From assembly GCF_018398935.1 (NCBI RefSeq), contig NZ_CP074694.1:5790001-5822000 (forward strand): a DNA stretch of 32,000 nt, written 5' to 3'. Positions 25,897-32,000 of this stretch are shown piece by piece. Each line of letters starts with the position of its first letter. The stretch's first letter is position 1. Both the position numbers and the translations under genes were made by a program. The notes beneath the pieces were generated by a model that saw only the letters and a list, made by a program, of their open reading frames with translations, did not search any database and was not told the DNA's origin. This DNA is from Telmatocola sphagniphila (lineage in GTDB: Bacteria; Planctomycetota; Planctomycetia; Gemmatales; Gemmataceae).

Positions 25897-27288
25897 ATGA
25901 ACGATTTAGCCAGACGATCCTTTCTTTTGCACTCGGCCTACGGATTAGGCGGCCTGGCCCTTGCCAGTCTTTCCGCCCGCGCGGTGGAGAAGTGGAAAGG
26001 CGTCGTCAATCCTCTTCATTTCAAACCCCGGGCGAAACGAGTCATCCATCTCTGTATGGCGGGTGGTCCCAGCCAATTCGAGACGCTGGACTACAAGCCC
26101 AAGTTGAAAGAATTGGATGGTAAGCCTTTTCCGGAATCCTTCACTAAAGGTCAGCAACTGGCCCAGTTGCAGAATACCGTCCTGAAAGCACGCGGCCCCA
26201 TCTTCAATTTCAAAAAGTATGGCAAATCGGGACAGGAAATCTCCCAGGCCTTTCCCGAGATTGGCTCGATAGCGGATGATATCGCGATCGTTCGCTCGAT
26301 GCAGACCGAACAAATCAATCACGACCCCGCGCACGCCTTCATGAATTCCGGCTCCATCATCAAGGGCCGGCCGAGCATGGGAAGCTGGCTCCTTTATGGA
26401 CTGGGCAGCGAATCGGAAAATCTCCCCGGCTTCATCGTCATCACTTCCTCGGGCCGGACCGGTTTGCAACCGGTGTCCGCGCGACAGTGGTCGGCCGGAG
26501 TACTGCCCAGCCGATTTCAGGGGATCCAGTTTCAGGCCAAAGGAAATGCGGTCCACTATATCGGCAATCCGGAAGGAGTTTGCCAGAGTACCCAACGGCA
26601 AGTCATTGACGAAGTTAATCGACTGAATGGAATGCTGGCGGAAGATCGGCTCGATCCGGAGATTCAGACTCGAATTTCGCAATACGAACTGGCCTTTCGC
26701 ATGCAGAGTTCAGTGCCCGATCTCACCGATTTCAGCAAGGAAACCAAAGAGACTTTAGAGCTGTATGGAATCAAAAAACCCGGCGACGGTTCCTTCGCCT
26801 CCAACTGTCTGATGGCCCGGCGCTTAGCTCAGCGCGGCGTGCGATTCATTCAACTCTATCACCGGGCCTGGGATCATCACGGCGAACTCGAAAAAGGAAT
26901 CAAATGGGCCTCGGAGGATGTCGATAAGCCCTGTGCCGCACTTGTCAAAGATTTGAAACGATTAGGAATGCTGGACGATACCTTGGTAATCTGGGGAGGG
27001 GAATTCGGCCGTACTCCGATGGGGCAGGGCAGCGGCCGGGATCATCACATTCTGAGCTTCTCAATTTGGATGGCCGGGGGTGGTATCAAAGGGGGTGTTA
27101 CCTATGGCGAAACCGATGAACTCGGCTATCGGCCCGCCGTGAATGCCGTGCAGGTACGCGATCTCCATGCCACCATGCTCCACCTTTGTGGAATCGATCA
27201 TCAACGGCTGAGTGTCAAGTTCCAGGGACTGGATTTGAAACTCACCGGTGTGGAACCGGCGCGCGTACTTAAGGATATCCTCGCTTAA
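25897..27288 (+). CDS. DUF1501 domain protein (sulfatase-like fold, Tat signal), partner of the PSD protein
   Basis: 463 aa. The signal is MNDLARRSFLL...LASLSARA. The conserved blocks read HLCMAGGPSQFETLDYKP and WGGEFGRTPMGQGSGRDHH. It starts 19 nt downstream of the PSD gene. Confidence 0.9.
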   Translation: MNDLARRSFLLHSAYGLGGLALASLSARAVEKWKGVVNPLHFKPRAKRVIHLCMAGGPSQFETLDYKPKLKELDGKPFPESFTKGQQLAQLQNTVLKARGPIFNFKKYGKSGQEISQAFPEIGSIADDIAIVRSMQTEQINHDPAHAFMNSGSIIKGRPSMGSWLLYGLGSESENLPGFIVITSSGRTGLQPVSARQWSAGVLPSRFQGIQFQAKGNAVHYIGNPEGVCQSTQRQVIDEVNRLNGMLAEDRLDPEIQTRISQYELAFRMQSSVPDLTDFSKETKETLELYGIKKPGDGSFASNCLMARRLAQRGVRFIQLYHRAWDHHGELEKGIKWASEDVDKPCAALVKDLKRLGMLDDTLVIWGGEFGRTPMGQGSGRDHHILSFSIWMAGGGIKGGVTYGETDELGYRPAVNAVQVRDLHATMLHLCGIDHQRLSVKFQGLDLKLTGVEPARVLKDILA

Positions 27289-28505
27289 TCCAGTAGTTCT
27301 CGGACCCTCTGCCAAGTCAATCGGCCGTCATAGGCCGAGAAGTACAACGGCTTGTACTTCTCGGTAGCCACCCGCCGGGCGAAGTCTTTCCGTTTCTCTC
27401 GAGCGTCCGAAAAGCTTTCCAAACCTTTCTTCAACTCCAGCGTTTTGGCTAGGACCTCGTTCGCAATCTGCTGGCACTCGTTGACTCGTATAACATATTG
27501 CTCGTAGTACTTGCGGTACTCGCCCAGGAACTCTTCTGGAACCGCGTCCGAGCCCTGAGATTGCAGATACTTCTCAAATTCGGTCCAGCTCGGAACTTCG
27601 TCAAAAGCCGCCAGCATCTCGGACGTGGCGCGGTAACTGCAGCGAACCATCAGTCGAAACAGCTTCAGATAATCGGGCGACTTCACCTTCACGCGATAGA
27701 GCACTTCCCGATCATTCTCGAGCTGGATTACCGCGCCTTCCTGGTCGGTTCCTTGAAGGCTTTGCATCAAGTGGGTGATCTGCGCTTCTAATCCCTCTCC
27801 GGGGGGGGCCAGTAGGGGGGCCAGACTCAGCCCGTAATGATGCCCAAACTCGCGCACACGATCCAACGGCCAATAGCGATGGTTGTGCGGATCGAAAATC
27901 GCCAACAACACGAGATCTTCCCGGCCTTTATAGTCGGTGATGATTCGGGCTTCCGGATGAATGAGTTCAAAGATCAGGCTCAGCCGTTCGAATTGCGGTT
28001 CCAGAAGTATCGGATAATACTTCCCCGCCAGTTGCCGGGCGGTGGCCAAATAGTCAAATTGGCTTAACTTTTCCGGCGCGTCTTCATCCTGGACCCCTAG
28101 TCTCGAATCGAGCCCTTCCAGCATACCTCGCGTGCTGAACCAGACGCGGTCGCCGTGGACGAAGCGCTGGATCATCGTTCCATCCAATTTTTCGACAAAG
28201 CGAATCTTTGCCGAGCTCTGTTGGGCCAATTCGCTCAGATCGCGATGCTGAAACTCTTTCTCCCCCAGATTGTAAATCTTGATCAGAGGTAGAGAGACCA
28301 GCCGATACGGCTCGCGTTGGTAGATGATTCCCTTGGCATAGAGCTGGTGCTGTTCGAGTGGAGTGAATAGGAGCTTGGAAGCATTGGCTAATACCAGGCC
28401 GGAAATTTCGCGCCGGATTAGAAGCGGATCTTCGTCGATGGCCCGCAGAATTTTTGCCGGGTCGCTACGAAGGTGGTTCAGTAACAGGTCGATCCGCAAT
28501 TCCAT
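27285..28505 (-). CDS. ATP-dependent RNA-ligase-family nucleotidyltransferase (Rnl2-like motif set)
   Basis: 406 aa. Motif I is VEKLDGTMIQ (KxDG), III is LIFELIHPE, IIIa is LVLLAIFD, IV is EGAVIQL, V is LYRVKVKSPDY. The substrate (RNA versus DNA) is not decidable by eye. Confidence 0.6.
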   Translation of the reverse strand: MELRIDLLLNHLRSDPAKILRAIDEDPLLIRREISGLVLANASKLLFTPLEQHQLYAKGIIYQREPYRLVSLPLIKIYNLGEKEFQHRDLSELAQQSSAKIRFVEKLDGTMIQRFVHGDRVWFSTRGMLEGLDSRLGVQDEDAPEKLSQFDYLATARQLAGKYYPILLEPQFERLSLIFELIHPEARIITDYKGREDLVLLAIFDPHNHRYWPLDRVREFGHHYGLSLAPLLAPPGEGLEAQITHLMQSLQGTDQEGAVIQLENDREVLYRVKVKSPDYLKLFRLMVRCSYRATSEMLAAFDEVPSWTEFEKYLQSQGSDAVPEEFLGEYRKYYEQYVIRVNECQQIANEVLAKTLELKKGLESFSDAREKRKDFARRVATEKYKPLYFSAYDGRLTWQRVRELLD

Positions 28506-28769
28506 GCTCTTTCCTTTTGGCAGATCTCAATAGAGAGCTGGAGAAAATGCGAAGGTTCGGAAGGCTTTGTAGCCATTTAACCCTATGGCCGTGAGGGAAT
28601 TTTGTACTCGGGCGCAACTGAAATTTCATCGCCTGCGCGAAATGCAGGATTATTGCAGATTTAACTCCATCCCCGCTTTCTCTCGAAATTTTCATGATCT
28701 ATGTTCGAGGAGAATTAGTTTTCCTGCGGAGGCTCTACCATTCATACGTCCGATCAGGTCACGCCACAG

Positions 28770-29501
28770 TTGCCGACCAAATCTCGTAAATTGAGAAGCC
28801 GCTACGCACAAGTGAATGGCGAAAACGTCATTGAGCTGACACCTCAACTGAAGATTCGCAAGGTCATCCTGGCCATTATCACTGGGGCTTTGCCCGATGA
28901 TTTGCGGCCCGAGGCTTTAAAGCTACTCATCGACACCCTGCGAGTAGCCGACGAAGAAATCCGCTGTCTGGCAGTAATCGCTCTGCACGAGATCGGCGTG
29001 GGTTCTCCCGTGGCGTTGGATGCCTTCGTCGATCTGCTCAACGATTTCCATCCGCCAGTTCGCCGGCGAGCCGTGAGAGCGATTGGCGACTTCGGGCCCG
29101 ATGCGTCGCACGTTGTTCGCGAACTGATCACCATGATGAACGACGATGTGCATAGCGTTCGGGTCGAAGCGATTAACTCGATTGGTAAATTGGGCAGTGT
29201 GGCGAAAGCGGCCATCCCGGCGGTAGTGTCTCTGATGAGTGAAGAAGACACCCGAATTCGAACCATTGCCACCATGGCTTTGAAGAAGATCGGCAAAGTT
29301 TCCGTCCCTCATCTGGTTGGGCTTTTAGCCGATCCGGAAGCCATTTCCCGTGAACGCGCAGCTCGCTTACTCGGGAGGTTGGGTTCCACCGATGAGGTTG
29401 TCGTTCAGTCTCTCCTGCAGGCCACTTTAGATTCAGAAGAGAATGTCCGGGAAGCAGCCCGGGAAGCGCTCGAATACATCCAGTGCCCGGTGATTATCTG
29501 A
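28770..29501 (+). CDS. HEAT-repeat (PBS-lyase-type) protein
   Basis: 243 aa from TTG 28770 (alternative GTG 28812). Repeated units include VRRRAVRAIGDFGPDA, VRVEAINSIGKLG, RIRTIATMALKKIG, SRERAARLLGRLG and VREAAREALEYI. Confidence 0.8.
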   Translation: MPTKSRKLRSRYAQVNGENVIELTPQLKIRKVILAIITGALPDDLRPEALKLLIDTLRVADEEIRCLAVIALHEIGVGSPVALDAFVDLLNDFHPPVRRRAVRAIGDFGPDASHVVRELITMMNDDVHSVRVEAINSIGKLGSVAKAAIPAVVSLMSEEDTRIRTIATMALKKIGKVSVPHLVGLLADPEAISRERAARLLGRLGSTDEVVVQSLLQATLDSEENVREAAREALEYIQCPVII

Positions 29502-29518
29502 TCTTGCAACGGCGAAGA

Positions 29519-30130
29519 CTACATCAGTCCAATGCGTTCGCTTCGCCGTTCCAGCTGCCTAAACTCCCAGGGCGTGAAAGCATCCAGTCCGATCAGCCAA
29601 TGCCGTAGACCTAGACAACGGGTGCAGCCGGCCTCATCGCTGTAGAGATCCACTTCCTCCGCCGCTTGAATCTCCTTTTCCGGATGGGTTTCCGATTGCA
29701 CGTAACGTATCGGAAGCCATCCCGACACCTGCTCCTGGTTGATCAATCGAATCTCGACCGGAAGATATAAGGATTGCAACTGTCCCTGCTCCGCCAGTCG
29801 TAAGGATTCAATCTGAACGAAGGGCAACCAATGGAGTTTATCGGCGACGACAACCTCCAGTATATCCCCCAGGAAATCGTCCTCATCGCGCCAGCCTTGA
29901 ACCTCCCGGCCATCGACGGTCCCTTCGAAGGAGTCGCCGCTGCCGTTGGCTTCATCCAGAAGTTCCAGGCCCGCTTCCAGACGACCTTGGGCAAACAGTT
30001 TGAGCGCCCTAAGACGAGTTTGGGTCGATCCCGGTAGGGGGAGAAGAAATAGTGGCTTGCGACCGCGTAGGTAAGCCAGCCGGTTTTTTTCGATGTCCGC
30101 CGCCTGACTTTGGCTGAATTCAGTTGTCAT
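29519..30130 (-). CDS. ImpE/TagJ-like protein (T6SS-accessory family), orphan
   Basis: 203 aa. The C-terminal block WRDEDDFLGDILEVVVADKLHWLPFVQIESLRL...LPVEIRL...GWLPIRYVQSE matches my recollection of the ImpE/TagJ pattern D.D.RLGP.LE....G.Y.WvPf..i..i.l......W.Pa......G....g.iP.RYpGS. Confidence 0.5.
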   Translation of the reverse strand: MTTEFSQSQAADIEKNRLAYLRGRKPLFLLPLPGSTQTRLRALKLFAQGRLEAGLELLDEANGSGDSFEGTVDGREVQGWRDEDDFLGDILEVVVADKLHWLPFVQIESLRLAEQGQLQSLYLPVEIRLINQEQVSGWLPIRYVQSETHPEKEIQAAEEVDLYSDEAGCTRCLGLRHWLIGLDAFTPWEFRQLERRSERIGLM

Positions 30131-30145
30131 GCGGATGAGATATGC

Positions 30146-31828
30146 CTAATAGCGACAAATGGCGAATGGTCTTCCTTCGGTAGCAACTTTCCAGACCACT
30201 TTTTTATTTGAATCGAACTCGACGACCTCATTATGATTGCCCCCGGCTACCAGAACATTGCCATTGCGCATTTTCTGCAGACGGGTCACTTCGAAGTTGA
30301 TGTTCTTATGTTCGAAGAGGGCTTTACCCGTGGCATCGACTTCGGCGTAGCCGTTGGCACTGTTGTAATAACCAATCAGAAAATGCTGATTCGGTAGAAC
30401 CTGAAACCCTCCCCAGCCCTGCATCTTCGCAATCGGGATCGTCCGCAGAATTTTGTTGCTGGGATCCAGTTCAGTCAATCCGGAATCGCCTAGCACGAAA
30501 GTATGCCCCCGTTTATCGCGATGCACCTGATAAATCTGATTGGGAAGATTCGGAAATTCGCCCAATCTCTTTCCACTGCGATCAAACTCCATCACTCCTT
30601 GATGAGTGGAGACCAGGGTATTTCCATTCGGGAGTCGTTGAGCACTGGTAGCATTCCCTCCTAAAGGCGGGCTCTTCCAGACAATGTCTCCTTTGCGGTT
30701 TCGTTCGGTCACCTGCGAGGTGTAGTACTCGGCGATGAGGATATTACCGTTGGGGAGAGCCTGCACATCCACCGGGCCGCCGCAGTTTCGCAGTTCCCAG
30801 GTTTTCTTTCCTTCACGATCAACTTCGAAGACGCGATTTCCGGGATTGCCATCGACTTCGCCGATTAGCGTCAGACCGCGCAGAGCGGGTTCAGAAGTTA
30901 GACGCGTCAGTGGAATTTTCTCGCCGTTTTTGTTCCACCAGTCCAGCCAGGCGGCTTTCGATTTTTGTCGGGCTTCCGGGGTGTCTGCCGTTAGTACGAA
31001 TGGGATTTTCTCGCCATCGTAAAGTCGGCAGAGTTGATCTTCGATTAACAGCGCGATTTCAAAGGGAGAGTTTTCGAACAGCGAAATAAAAGGGACGACC
31101 TTATCCTTTTGTCCCACGCGAATCAACTCCAGATAAGCATGGAAGCGGATTTCTGTACTGGGGTCGGCCGTGAGCGGTTCGAGAAGTTTGATCTCGGCCG
31201 GGAAGCATTTTGCCAGAACTTCAACCCCGACTTGCCGGACCCAGATGTAGCGATGCTTCAGGAACGACTGGAGTCTAATGTCGGAACCGGGAGTTTTCGG
31301 AAGTACCTTCAGCAGGCATTCCTGAAGGCGATCGCGAAGGGAACGCTCTTCACCCAGTATCTCGACCATTTGAAAGAGCGGCTCGATTTGCTCGAGTTTC
31401 AAGGCCGATTGTTTTTCCAACATATCCAACGCGGCGTGTTGCTTGTTCCGATATTCCGCCGCCTTCAGAGCGCGCTGAATCCGCAGGGTCTGCCGTTGAA
31501 CTTCCGGTTCCGGTGATTCCAGCCCTGGCATCAGAGGATTCAAAACGATCGGCCCCATGCGAATCATCTCTTCGTAGGCCGCGTCTCGTATCTCGAATTG
31601 ATCATTCCCAAAATTTTGAAGGAGTTGGCGTATCCGCGCTATTTCCTTGTCCGTGGGGATTCCTTTCTGAAGAAAGCCCGAAGCCTCCTCGACTGTTCGA
31701 AAAGACGGAATCTTGGCAATCTCCCTTAACGGTGGTGAGACGGGGGGAGTGAAAGCAAAAGCGGGGAAGATTAATCCAAGCAGCAAGAGGGTCAAGAGAA
31801 TCAGCGAACGACGATGCGCGAGGATCAT
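30146..31828 (-). CDS. secreted HEAT-repeat + beta-propeller protein (LPNGN-type repeats)
   Basis: 560 aa with signal peptide MILAHRRSLILLTLLLLGLIFPAFA. The N-half has HEAT-like helices. The C-half has repeated blades marked by LPNGNILIAEY, LPNGNTLVSTH and MRNGNVLVAGG. It lies 16 nt upstream of the ImpE-like gene. Confidence 0.7.
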   Translation of the reverse strand: MILAHRRSLILLTLLLLGLIFPAFAFTPPVSPPLREIAKIPSFRTVEEASGFLQKGIPTDKEIARIRQLLQNFGNDQFEIRDAAYEEMIRMGPIVLNPLMPGLESPEPEVQRQTLRIQRALKAAEYRNKQHAALDMLEKQSALKLEQIEPLFQMVEILGEERSLRDRLQECLLKVLPKTPGSDIRLQSFLKHRYIWVRQVGVEVLAKCFPAEIKLLEPLTADPSTEIRFHAYLELIRVGQKDKVVPFISLFENSPFEIALLIEDQLCRLYDGEKIPFVLTADTPEARQKSKAAWLDWWNKNGEKIPLTRLTSEPALRGLTLIGEVDGNPGNRVFEVDREGKKTWELRNCGGPVDVQALPNGNILIAEYYTSQVTERNRKGDIVWKSPPLGGNATSAQRLPNGNTLVSTHQGVMEFDRSGKRLGEFPNLPNQIYQVHRDKRGHTFVLGDSGLTELDPSNKILRTIPIAKMQGWGGFQVLPNQHFLIGYYNSANGYAEVDATGKALFEHKNINFEVTRLQKMRNGNVLVAGGNHNEVVEFDSNKKVVWKVATEGRPFAICRY

Positions 31829-31938
31829 GCCGACACTCCTGAACGATCACCTCGGGGCTATCGTCAGTTAGATAGAATCAAGAGAACGATTCTAACAGGA
31901 TGCGGATGGAAATTCGAGCAATTACTGGCAGGTCCGGA

Positions 31939-32000
31939 ATGAGAATATTCTTTTGTTTGTTCCTGCTATTGGTCCCAGGGAGGTCTGAATGTCTGGAAGC
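31939..32000 (+). CDS. possible 5' end of a secreted protein gene (partial, runs off window)
   Basis: ATG 31939 gives MRIFFCLFLLLVPGRSECLE..., which is signal-peptide-like. Only 20 codons are visible. Confidence 0.2.
   Translation, partial: MRIFFCLFLLLVPGRSECLE

Noticed and set aside
25945-26682. 245-aa minus-strand ORF inside the DUF1501 gene (and similar long antisense ORFs at 24740-25228, 25308-25769, 28844-29312, 6094-6716 and 9715-10140)
   Set aside because: All are antisense to genes with strong family motifs and have no motifs of their own. They are typical shadow ORFs.

Overview
This window looks like a Planctomycetota chromosome segment. The evidence is a giant PSCyt1/DUF1549/DUF1553 protein with its DUF1501 partner, an ECF sigma/anti-sigma pair, and many Sec/Tat-exported enzymes. 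All calls come from reading motifs by eye; no database search was run. The window has three parts. (1) 1-~7040 is a visibly GC-richer accessory block. It opens with a decayed IS4-family transposase and carries an esterase, a stop-interrupted MarR-like pseudogene, a lower-GC ~0.7-kb insert with small ORFs, a GH26-like hydrolase, the ECF sigma / zinc-finger anti-sigma pair and a Tat-exported metallophosphoesterase. (2) ~7041-19271 is a ~12-kb integrative element abutting the 3' end of tRNA-Lys(CUU). It has a tyrosine integrase, an excisionase-type HTH and a Zn-ribbon protein. Its most interesting part is its own replication module: AEP primase-polymerase, then SF3-type NTPase/helicase, then an AT-rich iteron-like intergenic region, then a proofreading family-A DNA polymerase with an atypical O-helix. 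Five cargo ORFs of unknown function sit in two operons, and no capsid, terminase or conjugation genes are recognisable. (3) 19272-32000 holds core-like genes. These are an ABC ATPase / secreted S1-P1 nuclease / ABC-2 permease operon, the PSCyt/PSD + DUF1501 pair, a stand-alone RNA-ligase-family gene, HEAT-repeat proteins and an orphan ImpE/TagJ-like gene. I found no rRNA and no CRISPR array.
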